Assembly: GCA_009103225.1 (NCBI GenBank) | Contig: RHPI01003587.1 | Coordinates: 1 to 64,000 of the forward strand | Length of the DNA stretch: 64,000 nt | Source of the DNA: Chlorokybus atmophyticus | Taxonomy: Eukaryota > Plantae > Mesostigma and Chlorokybus algae | Direction of reading: 5' to 3' | Shown here: positions 24,115-37,400 of the stretch, piece after piece | How the letters are laid out: each line of letters opens with the position of its first letter | Numbering within the stretch: the first letter of the stretch is position 1 | The notes under the pieces: model-generated | What the model was told of the DNA's origin: nothing | Seen by the model: only the letters and a program-made list of their open reading frames with translations | Database searches by the model: none | Made by a program: the position numbers and the translations under genes

Positions 24115-27100
24115 CTAGACCCTGTCAAACGAGCGCAGCTGCAGGTACGATTCTCTTGGTCTCTGCTGCACGCTGTTGAACGGCCAGAACGGCAGCCTCG
24201 CGAGGTACCCGCGCTTGTGCGCAAAGTAGCCCGCGACGGCGAGCACCACCACAACGAGAAAGACGAAGGTCCAGCGGCCCGCGGATGATGAAGACTTGGG
24301 CTCGGGGATGTTGCCCGAGGGTGGCACGCCCGTCTTGTCGCCTGAACCCTCACTTCCCGTGACGGGAGGCGGCGCTGCAGGCACCTGATGCATAGACAGT
24401 GCGAGTGTGTGCGTGCGGGCGTGTGCTAATCTCACTGCCAGCACAGTCCAGGTTCCCCCAGCAAGTATGCTTGTGAAACGATGGACCGATAACCAACAGT
24501 AGCCTCACCTGTTCCTGTGGTGGTGGAGAGGGTGCAGGTGAGGGTGGTGGGGGCACAGCGTCTGGTGAAGGGGGTGGAGGCGTGCTCGCGTCGGGTGGCG
24601 GTGCGGCACTGCCAGATTCATCCGGAGGTGGGGCAGCTGCCGGCTCGGGTGATGGCGCCGGCGCCGGCGCTGGTACGGGCACCTCTGCTGAGCCTTCTGG
24701 AGGCGGGGCCGGGGCCGGGGCTGGGGCCATATCCGGCTCTGTTGCTGCCATGAGGGAGTGGTTGTTGCATATGCGGTTCACCACAGACAAGCCATAGAAA
24801 TTACACTGGCAGTTGGCTCTTGTGGTCAAGTTCAACACAATTAACATGCTCACCATTTGTGCTGGCGGCATTGATAACCAAGTCCAGGGCATTCGCGATG
24901 TTCTCCCAGGCAACCTGCATGTCAACAGACATTAGTGCTGCCCTGCAATCTCAACAAGCCTTGTGCTTACAAAGTACAAAGTAGTAGAGTCCTCACCAGC
25001 TTGAAGTTCTGGTTTTTGTTATCGTTGTTGTGGCCATCCTGCGAAACAAACTGGCGACGCACAAGGAGTTGGATCATCACTCACATTCACTCTGCTCTCT
25101 CTCGTGCTCCAAGTCATTTGCAAGTGTGGCACTTACCAGCCCATACGGGTACGCCGGCCCGAGGCTCTTGGAGATCACGTCGATGCCATCCGTGTCTTGC
25201 GTGCCGTCGACGCCAGCGTCCGGATTCTTAACAAGACGGAAACTCCCCAAGTACTCGTTGTTCCCAGTGCGGTTGTACACGGCATACGTGGAGTCCCCTG
25301 CTCAGTAGTGTACACCCCGTCACACATGTCACATGCGTGTGGTGCACTGCACCGAGCCAACAGTATCATCAACACTCACCCTGGCTGCTGGCGATGAGGT
25401 AGCCCATCCCATTGGCCGCATAGTAGATTGTGAGTCCTTCTATGTCGGCAGCTAAGTGGCCGCTGTCATAACCGTCGTCCTCGGGCACGTAGTCCACGGC
25501 CTTGCGCTTGCCATCACTATCTGGCTCAGCACTGTACTGCCACAGCGCCACATTCTGGCAGGCACGCAGTGGGCGTGAGTAAACAAGTAGTGGACACATG
25601 ATGGAGTGTAGAGTGTGTCCAGATCTGCACACGCACCTCTTCCGACACGTACAGTTTGGCGTGCTCGTCATCGGCGACGAGTCCCTCGGCGATGCTGCCA
25701 ACTTCAAACCGGTGAACTTCATTGTGTAGTACTGGATGGTCGTCATAGTAAGTCTCATCAACAATGAGCTCGTACTGAACCACCTGTGGAACATGTGTTG
25801 TTAGTAAGACAACACATTACACGAAATACCCTCTTGTACCTTGCCGCTTTTGGTGGTCACAAAGGCATAGAGCTTGCCCGACACGGGACTCTTGTACAGG
25901 CAGAAGCCGTATATTTCCTCATCACCGTCAAACAGGTTGCTTATGCTGCCGAGTGAGTGCAGGGAACGGTCCTCAGCCCTGATGTGCCACACCTGGACGC
26001 ACAGATGCATGTGTGTGTGTGTGCACATGCGTGTGAGCGTGTGCATGTGTGTGCGTGCGCTCATGCGTGAGCGCGTGTGTGCATGCCAATGCCAGTGCGT
26101 ACGTGCGTGCGTGCATACTCGTGCATGCACAGCTTATGTGTGTATGTATGTAAGCATGAGCGTGCGCAGAGCTTAAAAGGATGATTGAGACTTGAAGGTC
26201 CACCTTACCATGATTCCGTTGTCGGCGCGCGAGGTTGCGGCCACAACGTCCCCGCGCACGTCCACGTTGTTGGGCACGCCTCCGGGCGTAAAGGACAACA
26301 CCGTCCCGTTCAAGTCATACTGCAACCCCGTACGCACACAAGACATGACTCACAGACTGCTCACCACATCACAAGCATGACATCAACTCACCAAGTAGAG
26401 GCCCCCCGTGTCTTTGTTCTTGTCGGTCGCGATGATGAGGCTCTGCGCGGGGTCGGCGGCATTGTACCAGATGGCCGGGTCGTCCGCGCTGTCGCCACTG
26501 CTAGCAACGGGCTCCGTCTCCGCGCTCACAGGCACGCTCTCCTGCACGTCACGCATGGCAATGCCACATTGGGGTTGGTTTTGAGAACCAGTCAGTCTTG
26601 CTTTCTGACATGTGCGTATACGTGTTGCAAGAAGTTTTATTGGATACCATTGGATACCATTTGCAAACAATACAGGTCACCGCTGGTGTGTGCAAATGGC
26701 AAAGTACCCTGGCTCAAGTCATGTAAGTTGTCATGGGCGTTGACAGTCACCATCAGAGAGAGCCAATTAAGCAAGCATGCAAGAGATATAAGTGACACCA
26801 TGCAATGCAATAGCAAATGTTATGAACTTCAATAACACTTGACGTGCCACTTGTAGTGTGCGTGAACATGGGTTGGCGAACTTGTACATAATACACGTCG
26901 ATGGCTTGCTGGGCTTGTGCTCAACGCTCAGCCACATTGCTGCTACTTATCTAACCATCAAACTGTGTCAATGCCACAGTGTGACAACAACAAACGACCG
27001 AGTTGCGACGAAAAGCGCAGCCACCCACCATAAGACGACATTGCACAGGAAGAAAGAAGAGAGGGGTTGGCGGTAGCATTCTTACCAGCACATGCTCAGA

Positions 27101-27169
27101 AAGGCCGTCGTCGCAGCGAGCAACCCCGAGGAATAGCACGAGGCCACAGGCGGCGGCCACCCACGCCAT
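24115..27169 (-). CDS. Beta-propeller (PhyC-type) phytase with signal peptide, Pro/Ala-rich stalk and C-terminal TM helix
   Basis: [63 protein letters not shown] and NQNFKLVAW over about 11 exons, then [13 protein letters not shown] and [19 protein letters not shown]. An alternative upstream ATG is at 27195. Confidence 0.9.
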
Positions 27170-28029
27170 GCGTATCCTCCTCGTGGCGGCCACCATCAGT
27201 AACAAATCACAGGGACAGGGTAGAGAGTAACCTTGGCTCAGCTTGGTTCCTGCCTGTCGTGTATCTCCCTTTTTCTTGGAACGCCTAGCCCGGCCCCATC
27301 ACCAGCAGCAGCAGGCAGGACAGGGGGCGGCCTTGCAAACAAGGCGGCGCCCTTGGCACGCACAGAGAATGTCCTGTCAGCAATGCAATCAATACTTGAG
27401 GCGAAGCATGCTCGGATGTCCCTTTTCTCTCGGATCTGTGGTCGTCCGTGAAACAAAGGCGTCTACGCAACGCTCATTGCTCAATGTGCACAACAGCCTC
27501 AGCAAGGGTGCCGCTGCACGCTGGCTAAGCTAAGCTTCGGCGGAGGTCAGATGGTCACGCACAATCCACAACGGAGTGCATTGGCTAACTAACGAGTGAC
27601 TACTACCACTCGGTTGCGTCCAACTGTTGATTTAGATAGAAAATATCCATTGGGTTGGAGGAGGACGGAGGGTTGGACTGGTCGCTATCAGGCGCGGGAA
27701 CTGCCGCTGGGCTGACGGCGTGGACGGCGGCGGCGGCGGCGGCGGCGGTAGGAGGGCGGTCTAGAGAGCGCCAGGAGGAGGGATAGCTGCCTGCTGTGAC
27801 CTGCTGCGACACGAGATCAAGGTTAAGCGAGGTAGTTGCGGCGTTGGCACGCGCGCAGTACTGCTCTCTGAGACGGTGAGCGCAATGCACGGCCTCTGCG
27901 CAGTGGTCGGTGGTCGTAGTGATCCTGGCCTGGTAGAGCATCGTTAGTCTCTCCTGGTCTAGCATTGGCCCAGTGGCTTCCCTGCTCATGGTGTCCTTGT
28001 CTATTCCATGCAGGTGACCTGTCACCTGA

Positions 28030-28887
28030 AACGCCCATTGCACTAACGAGGGGAATGAGCGGGACGGCGGCGGCCTTCACCCGGCCGACGACGAGGACGT
28101 TACGCTGGAGCGCACGGGAGGCAACTTCCCCACCGCTGCTACTACTCGCACGGATACCAGCGGCAAGAAGAACCACCACGCCGCCCTTGCTGTGACAGCA
28201 CCCTTGACCCCATCCTCCACCTCCACCTCCACCTCGTCCTTCTCCTCCTCGTCCTCCTCCTCGTCCTCGTCCTCCTTTCCGCCTCCTGGTCGTCTCTGGA
28301 GCCATCCTTATAGCTGCTGTGACCCGTCTCATCCTCAGACGCTCCATCAGCAGCTGGAGGACCTCGCGGTGGACGCCCTGCAGGCCCAGCTGGATTCGCA
28401 GCTAGAGGAGGACTTGGACGCGCAGCTGAGCGCACAACTTGAGCTGGAACTTGAGCTGGAGACTGATTTTGAGCTACTTCAGGTTGGTGGTGTGTACAGA
28501 TGTAGCCTGCATCTGCATCCCTAACTTTGTGGTTGGGATGGTTGCGCCTCGTGTGTTGCCAATGGACAGCGTGGTGCATGCGTGTGCGTGCGTTTGTGTG
28601 CGCTCTTGCGTGCGTGCATACATGAATGCTCGTACATGTGCGTGCGCGTGTGTTACTCGTGCCCATCTACTTGTGTATGTGTGCAGTTGTCAGAGCATGC
28701 ATTCCAGCAGCAGGCGGAAGCCGAGTTCGACCCCGAGCCCCAGCTTGCAGCGAGCAAGCAACATACTCACACTCAAAGCGATCAGCTGCCGGATCCTTGG
28801 CCGCTGAAGCACGAGCCACAGCCGCGTCCGGAACCCGTCTGCGTGTCCCCAACGCACCACCAGCATCGCCGCAGGAGACCCAGATAG
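28030..28887 (+). other. Unassigned spliced-looking open frame upstream of ORC5 (no in-frame ATG)
   Basis: Open frame 28030-28482 and 28687-28887 joined by a plausible GT-AG intron. No recognisable domain. Confidence 0.2.
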
Positions 28888-29010
28888 CGCGGCTTCACAC
28901 GGCTTTTGTCTGTGTGTTTCAACAACAGCAATCCCTGCCAAGCGCATCTGCAGCGGAGGGCTGTCACGCGTGTACGCTCGTGCATTGCTGCTCCCTTTGC
29001 GGGTACAGAG

Positions 29011-31208
29011 ATGAGTGACCGGCGGGTCAGCAGCGACAACCACCACGGCAGCAGCTCACATGACCAGTCGCTGTATGATCGTTGGCCAGCTCGCCACTCG
29101 CAGATCAAAGATCTTCTTGACTTGCTCGACCAACCAGGCAAGTCTCATGCCGTGACATATTTTCTGTGCAAGTTGTTGTGCGAGGTTTCTGAGTATGCTT
29201 GTGTCGTGTACAGAGGAGGAGCTGCAGCCACTCATAGTGTATGGCGACCCGTCCACGGGCAAGACTGGGATCGTTCGTGACGTATTGCAGCATCGAGGTC
29301 ATCAGCATGCTTATGTCAGCCTACGCGCCTGCTACAAGCCCTCCATCCTCTACGCAATGGTACTCGACCAGTTGGAGCGAACGACCAACAAGCGTGCACA
29401 AACCAACAGGAGCTGCAACTCGTTGAAGGACTTCTGCGCCGCCCTGCCAAAAGGTGAGCCGCTGCAGATTGTTACTGTTTTGTTTGTGGAATGCTAGGAT
29501 GCTAGGATCTTGTTGCTTATTATTTGTACCGTGTGCAGTGACTGATTCCGAGCGAGCTGCATACATAATCATCGATGACGTGTCGCCCGAGCGCGAGTTG
29601 TTCGAGGAAGAGTTCAAGGGGCTACTGTCCAGGATGTTGAAGCTGCAGCAGTTGTGTGGCCGGCGCATTGCCATCATCTTGCTGACAAGGTGACACTTGA
29701 GCAGACTGCAATATGTGTGTATGCACCATATGGCAACTATACCAGCTTGTTGTTCCTAACTGCTGATGAGCAGGGACAAGAGCTGCGTGTACAGCGAGGA
29801 GGTGGTTCTGGAGATGGAGTTTGGCGCATACACTCGCGAGGAGGTTGAACGCATTGTGACAATTTATAGGCCGCAAGGCGAATCTGTTAAACTCTACCGC
29901 GAATTTGTCAGGTGGGATGGCGTGCGTGCGTGCACACACGCACATGTAGGCATCCTGCTGTAAGGCGATGGTGGTGCACACTAAAGCAACCCAATATAGT
30001 CCTGATGTATCCCATCACAGGCTATTTTTGACCCTGTACTTCAGCATCAGCCGCACCGTGCGGGAGCTGCTGGCAGCCGCGGACCGCCTTTACAAGGTGT
30101 ACGCCAGTGTCGGCACGGTTCAGGAGGCAGGTGCAACATGTTTCACTCAACTCAACGTGTTGACATGGCCATGAGAGCCATCCGTGATGCTATTCGATTG
30201 CAGGTCAGTGCAGACGCGATGATTCGGCGCAACAGGCAATTTCTCAATAAAGCCAAAGAGCACGTGCGCGACGTGTTCTTCTTCAGCGACATCAACGAGG
30301 GGTTGGGCGACTACACCGCCTTCGGCACACCATCAACATCATCTCTACCTGCTGAGGCCGACGGCGATAGTGTGGGTTTTGACCTCCCCGTCTACGGACA
30401 GTACCTTCTCCTCGCGGCCTTCATCGCGTCCCGCAATGACCCCGCTCTGGACGTGGACGTGTTTGGAGCTGCGGGATGCGCGCAGAAAAGGAGAAAGCGA
30501 GCCAAAGCGGTCGTGGCCGAGCGGCAAAAGCGTGAAGCCAATGCGCAGATGAGGAAAACACAGGTCAGTGCTTTGTGTGATGTGTGGTGTGCAATACTGG
30601 GTTCTGTGCATGAGGTTGGTGTGAGAAACACAACATTGTGCCTCGCAGGTCTATGCGAGCTTTCCCATGGCGAGGCTCATCGCGATCTATCAGGCGTTGC
30701 TGGCTGCCGAGCAGGATGATCACACACTGTCGGATGACGAGCTATCCCCACTGGTGAGCCTACAAACATGATGTGTCACATGATGTCATCTATCATCATT
30801 TGTGTATCGTACCCATCTCACATGAAGGCGCATGTGTGCACCTACTATGGCTGTGGCTGCGACTCCTGTTTTGAGTGCCGTAAGCGTGGGTTGATTCGTC
30901 CTGTGTTGTGAGTGCAGGTCTTTGTTTCGGTGCGAGAACTGCTGGCGCTGAACCTCTTGTGCTGCGACGACCTCGCTCATTCCGGCTCAGACGAGTTGCT
31001 CACCGGTACGGCACAGCTGCGTTTCAACGCGACCCCACAACTCGTCGCACAGGTTGGTACACCATCTGAACTGTCAATGTCACACTAGTTGAGTTGCAGT
31101 ATGTATGGTATGCGATGCGGGGATGCGCAACTGCCAACGCTGCCTTGCGTGCATCAGGTGGCGAAGAGTCTGCATGTCGAGCTGCACCGGTACCTGCCTG
31201 GAGGGTGA
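29011..31208 (+). CDS. ORC5: Origin recognition complex subunit 5
   Basis: WPARHSQI, YGDPSTGKT (Walker A), YIIIDD, FGAYT, DLPVYGQYLLLAAFIASRN, FPMARLIAIY and C-terminal VAKSLHVELHRYL over about 9 exons. Confidence 0.9.
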
Positions 31209-31882
31209 TGAGAGTTGTTGTGCACGCGACTCATCTGATGCCGTGCAGCTGCTCACGGCTCTTTGGGCCTCTTTACAGCAATGCAGTTCAGGTAGGAGGA
31301 GGTGACCCAAGAAGCTTCTGTGCAAGGGCAGTTCAGAGCGAGCGCCACATGACGAGCTTTGTGCTTGTGGCAATACACCAACCCAACTGCGGCACAACCA
31401 ATTCTTTTTACGTGTATAGCTTCTTTCTGGTTGGCAAGAACAGCTGCATATTCCATTGCCAGGCTGCAAGCTGCTATGCATATTGATGCACTCGAATGCT
31501 CGGGTTATCCAGTAGTGAACCTCATGAGTCCTATGTTGAGAGTTAAGTTGTTCATCTGGAATCCCGAGATTTCAATTGAAACATCAATCGCCACGCAACA
31601 CAGACCAGCGCTACCAAACAAATGTACAGAAACAAGAAAGGCTAGAACACGCTGAATGCAACGTTCACAACAGATTGTGCGTGGCACACATTGCTCCTTG
31701 TAAACTTGCAGCTGCGGGAAGAGCTAGTCCTAAGCAGCCATGTTGGCTGCGCGACGTTGGTGCCGTAATCAATAAGCAACAGCAAACAAGAACAACACGA
31801 TTAGCTGGAAAAACGCTTCACGACGCGCGACGCCAAGGTGTTTAGTAATCAGTGCGGGCTGCTGCGCAAGTTTCGCAGCCAG

Positions 31883-33338
31883 CTATGATGATGTGACGTG
31901 AACGCCATTGAGGACAGTCGCTTCATCCAGATTGTGCAGCGCGTCCATGAGCCCCGCCCTCAGCGTGCCGGGCCCCTTCGCCTGCTTGCCAGCGATCTCA
32001 GCTGCCAACCTGAGAGAGAGGGAGATGATGGCTTCATAAAAGCACACGCGCGCAATTGCACACACACATGTACGCATGTGAACAGTTGTGTACATGCACG
32101 CTGTGAAGTGTGTGCGTACACGCACACACACCACAGCATGCACGAATACACTATGTGGTGTCCTGACTGACCCGAACACGGCGAGGGCGGTTGCAGTTGC
32201 GTGGAGCGGTGAGTGCGGCGGTACAGAGCAGAAGGCGGTGATGAGAGCGGTGACGCTGCATCCCATGGCGGTTATTCTGGTCAGCAGTGGGTGACCGTTG
32301 GCCACCCGCAGCGTGACAGTGCCATCAGTAACCACATCCACCGCGCCCGACACCGCCACAACACACCCGCGCCCTGACGCCAGCGCCTTGGCGGACTCCA
32401 CCGCATCCTCAACCTGAACTGTGCTGTGTCACATACGTATGATGAGACCCACCACGACCCGGCAGCGTGCGTTGGGTTACAGCTCTCTCGCCTGGTGCGC
32501 GGCATCGACGCCTTTGGTGGTTGCGCCGGCGGCTCCAGCTAGCGCGAGAATCTCCGACGCGTTGCCACGTATCACCGCCGGCCCCATATTCATCAGCTCC
32601 AAGCAAGCCTGTGTATGGTCGCACAGGATGCTGCAACTCACAACACAGTGACTGTGAGAAACCAGCACCTCCTACCTGGGTGCGGTAGGCGGAGGCGCCG
32701 GCTCCAACGGGGTCGAGTACCCAGGGCGTGCTGCGAGCGTTGGCATACTCCGCCGCCATCTTCATAGCAACCAGAGTTTCAGGCAACAGCGTGCCTGTGA
32801 CGCGTGGGATATGCGCGTCAGGTCTGACACATGCAAGAACGTGCGCGCATGAGTGGAGTCTGTCAACAGACTTCTCTGTTCGTGCATGTGGCTGATCACC
32901 GTGCGAGTGCTGGCAAAATATCATACTAAAAAAAAAGGTGCGTCGTCAAGCTGCTTGCATGGAACCTGACAACGCACCTACTACTATTGGAGTTGACGAT
33001 GACAACAACCACCCAAACATGGCAACTTATTGCTCAGTTGTGTATTGGAGTCGTGCCTTCTACTGGTGCACACATGATGCATACATGGCATGCAATCAGG
33101 CGTCCACGCAGCGTGCACAGGTGATTGTGATTGACCGACCTATGTTGATGTAGAGTGCGGACTCGATGGCGGATATGTCCTCAAGCTCGGGTAGGCACGC
33201 GGTCATGAGCGGCGAGGCCCCGGCAGCAAGGAGCACATTGGCTACCGCGTCCATGCTGACGGCGTTGGTGATGCAGTGCGTGAGAGGGGCGCTCTCCCTC
33301 ACCGCCGCGGCGTAGCGCCACACCTCCGCCGCCTCCAT
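31883..33338 (-). CDS. thiM: Hydroxyethylthiazole kinase (stand-alone)
   Basis: PLTHCITNAVSMDAVANVLLAAGASPLM, INIGT, PWVLDPVGAG, IRGNASEI, ITAMGCS and GPGT across 5 exons. Confidence 0.95.
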
Positions 33339-33712
33339 CACCGCCGACACCAAGGAGAAAAGTAAGCTGCTCTCTCTACCTGTACAAGGCCATTGTAGTC
33401 ACCCATCTCGTTTCTGTCCTGCACTTAACTCGAGTGGAAAAGGGAAGTTCCATATTGTCTTTCGTGTCCTAGGAAGATTCCTAGCTGGCTTCCCTATTTT
33501 CTCCGTGCTCCCCCCCCGCCTGACGACACTGACGACAATGGCTGCCATGCCGATCACCAGGACACGAAGGCTAAGCTCAAGGGCAGTGCGCTTACTGAGC
33601 TTTGTGAGTTCACGTAGGTTCTTGCAGAGCTGAGCGTGTGGGCGCAGGCAAGGGCAAGCACACAAGGGCAAAGCGCTGTGCTTGTCATTGCTGTCGTGCG
33701 ATGTGACTGACA

Positions 33713-33901
33713 GGGGGGGGGGGGGGGGGGGGNNNNNNNNNNNNNNNNNNNNNNNNNNNNNNNNNNNNNNNNNNNNNNNNNNNNNNNNNNNNNNNNNNNN
33801 NNNNNNNNNNNNNNNNNNNNNNNNNNNNNNNNNNNNNNNNNNNNNNNNNNNNNNNNNNNNNNNNNNNNNNNNNNNNNGGGGGGGGGGGGGGGGGGGGGGG
33901 G
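33713..33901. other. poly-G tract spanning an assembly gap
   Basis: G runs flanking an N run. Confidence 0.95.
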
Positions 33902-34491
33902 CATGCCTGTGTGGCCATGGGCGTGCGTTTGTGGCCCAGCAGCAGCAGGACCACTGGGATCAGTGCAGCTGAGGGTTTGGAGAGTGTTGTAGACGGCGGC
34001 GGGGACCATCAACGGCAGGAGAAGCGCAGCAGTCTCAGGATAGTTGTGGCCACCGCTTTGCCGCTGCTGCTGTTCACTCTGCTGGCGTCGCTACGTAAGC
34101 GCTGCTCACGCCTGCTGGCCGCCTCACGCCGCCGCAAAGCAGCTACACCGCAGCTCAGCGATCAATCCACGGTGCGGCATTGTGTCATAGCGATTGTCAT
34201 GGCGCTCAGCTTGCATGCAACGCTTGACAATGCTAGCAGTGCTTGGACTGAACAAGAAGCACTTTCGATTGACACATTTCTTGGACAATGCATGCATTTC
34301 GCTTCTTGCGCTTGCTCACACCCACCCCATCATGCTCAGCTGCTATCCATCGTCTCACGCTTTTCTCAGCAGGCCTAATCCTGATTTGACGACTGTAACA
34401 CAGCCTCGCTCATGCTCTGCCTGCATTGGTCACATCCTTGCAGGAGCAGCCAATTGTGGCAGAAGGTGGACCGGCTCGTAAAGGCGTGGTC

Positions 34492-37400
34492 ATGCTGAAG
34501 ATGGCGGATGTCATCGACCTCTGCAGCGATGCCGAAGACCCAGCCGTCCTAAGAAGTTCTCCATCCGCACCGCAGCATGGCAAGACGAAACTGCGCTTGC
34601 CTACCGCTCGTGTGGCAGACACCCGCGTGGCAAGGGCATCGAGCAGCTCCTGGGCGTGCCTAGCATGCACCTTCCAGGTTTGTTCACTCTCCTTAGGTGA
34701 CAGACCGACGGCCAGGACACATGTGTGCGTTTGCGTGCGTGCGAAAGGATCAGCAAATCTCCCTGCTGTGTCATGTGCATGTGTCACGTCTCGGCAACTA
34801 CACTCCACTGCAAAGTGGCTTCTGATTGTGTAACAAGGCATGTGGCAAGCAAGAACCGTGTGACACACTTCACCGTGTGTGTGGCTTTGTTGCAGAACGA
34901 CACGCAGTACATCTTGTGCCAGATATGCGATGCGGAGCGCGAGTGGGGAGACACGCCCGCACCAGCCATCACCTCCAGCCGCGCAGCAGTGAGCTGGGCT
35001 TGCAAGGAGTGCACGCTGGTCAACGATGCCACAAACGCTCGCTGCGAAGTGTGCACGCTGCCGAGGCCGCAACAGACAGGTGTGCAAGCTTTGCCTAAAC
35101 ACCATGAGGCTTTCACCGCTTTTGCATGTGTGCCGATGATTGTTGGCTGACACATCGCTCTCCCTCTGCATGTGTGTGTGTGTGTGTGTGTGTGTGTCAG
35201 GTGTGGCGACAACCAGCACCATGCGCCGTGACGTGAAGCCCGCAACATTTCCAATGTCACACCCTTTGAAGGGTAGTGACAAGAGCAGTGACAAGCTCTG
35301 TACAACAGCATTGACGTGTCAGTTGTGCGGCAGCAAGCAGAGTGCAAGCGAGCTGTACGCGTTGGACCGCTGCAGCCACCGCGCCTGCCGAGCCTGCCTG
35401 CAACGGCGTGTCCATAGACAAGTTGCCGAGAGACTGAGCAACGCACAACAACCTCAAGAGCCGCGCGACACAATCCTCCCAACCTGCTCAGTCTCGGTAA
35501 GGACCCTGGCATTTGTATAATGTAATCTTATTACAATTACTCTTGTACTTACACCTCCCCTACATGCAGGATTGTGGGCAACCGTTGAGCGAGAGAGACA
35601 GCAGGATGTTGTTAAAGCCGCAGGAGTTGGCGGACCTCAACGCGTTCACGCGCAAAGCCCTTGAGCGCTTGTGGGCCCGCAAGACCACCCACACATGCGC
35701 TTCATGCGGCAAGAAGGGCACTGCTGTGCATCCTGAGCGTGCAGACGGGGCGGCATCGTCAAAGAGGAGGAAAAAACTGTCGGCCGCGGAAGCGGAGGGG
35801 GATAAAACCCACGCTGAGCTATTGGCCACGGTGACGTTTGAACTCGCTCACGTGGTGGCTGGTGTGACTCCTGCAATGGCAGCAGGCCCGCAGCCGATAC
35901 CCGTGTACAAGCGCAGCCACTTGGATGCCATGCGCGTTTGCGACTTGCGAGCTCTCGCCGCCAGCAAAGGCCTTGACTCCAACGTGCGTGACCACTGCAT
36001 GTGTTCTTGTTGTTGGTGATTGGCTGCGTTTGCTGCGTGCCAATGCACATGTTACAACAAGTAAACTGGTTTGAACAGGGTCTATCAGGTTGCCAGCAAC
36101 GTCTGAAGTCAATCAGCACGCTTTGTTTTGTTTAGGCAGTGTGTAACGTGAAGTTGACAGCGGGATGTGTGCGTTCAGCGCGTGAAAGCGGAGCTTGTGA
36201 AGGACCTGCTGACCGCACCCTCACGTTCATCGGGTGACGCACCGGCAGCCTCAACCGCGGATGCGGAGCCTCAGGGACACCAACTGAGCGTGCCTCCCCC
36301 GTGGCTGGTATGCACGGCATGCGCGGCGCTGCAGTGCAAGGCCTGCGGGGACCGCATACCAAACGCGAGTCACTGCGCCGACCACCTCCTTGCGTGCGAG
36401 CAACGCGGCCCTTACGTGGCGTTGCAGGTCGTCACCACCATCGAGGCTGCCATGCGTGCTGGGAACGGTGTCCCATCACCCCGTGCGAGTGTAAAGAGGG
36501 CCACTCAGTCGGCGAGGGGGACGAACAGGGGCGGCAGCAGCAAGTGGGCGCGCGGTACCGGATATGGCGGCAATCACTACGAGGCAGTGGACGAGGCCTC
36601 CCTTGATGGCGCGCGCTGGCGACAGCAAACATCCGATTCTCAACTGCAGGTGTGCTGTGTTCACTGCACGTAAATTGTCTCTTCCACCACAAATAACAAG
36701 ACTTTTGGTCGCGCTACACTTACTGATGCACACACATGCGCGCAGGCAGCCGCGGCCGCGCTTACTCAGGTGCTGTCAGAAGCCTCGTGCGATGACGGCG
36801 TTGCGGGTACTGCCTCGCCGTCGAGGCTGCTCTGTGTTGCCATGCAAGCGGGCGGACACGTGGCAGGCATGCTCAGGTCGCTGCTGGCCAACGACTCCAT
36901 GCTCGACGTCGGGGACAGACGCTCACTCTACCTCCAGGCATGTTAAGTTTGTATTGCACTTACCGTACCGCACTGTTCATTGTTATGGTGCATATGTGAC
37001 ATTGTGGGTCCACAGATGCTGGCTCTGTTGCGGGCAATCGGAAGTCACGCCGAACTGCTGCCCATTCTCTGCGAGCGGCAGCGGGCTGATGACGCTAATG
37101 CGGGTGGCAGAGGGGAAGGGGAGAAGGAGGATGAGGACGAGGGGCCTGCGAGCGTTGTGGACGTGCTCAAGGGGTTGCACGTGCAGTCGCAGGTGTTTCT
37201 CAAGGCGCAGGGCTCGCATGACTTGGAGATGGATGAGGTCGGTATCGCTGCCATGGGCGTTGCGCTCGATGTCAGGACCAGCTTTGAACAGGTCAGTGAG
37301 ATGTTGGTTTTGTGTGATTTTGTGTGGCCCAGCAATTGATGAGTAGCAACGCACCTGTCCCTTGCTCGCAGGTGAAAGCCAGTGTGGACGTGTGGAAGGC

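Noticed and set aside
31883-33338. Stand-alone thiM as a horizontal transfer
   Set aside because: Monofunctional ThiM is normal in green plants, and the gene is intron-containing and ordinary.
33911-34378. 155-aa ORF between thiM and the E2 gene
   Set aside because: No domain or splice support; next to a gap; probably promoter/UTR.
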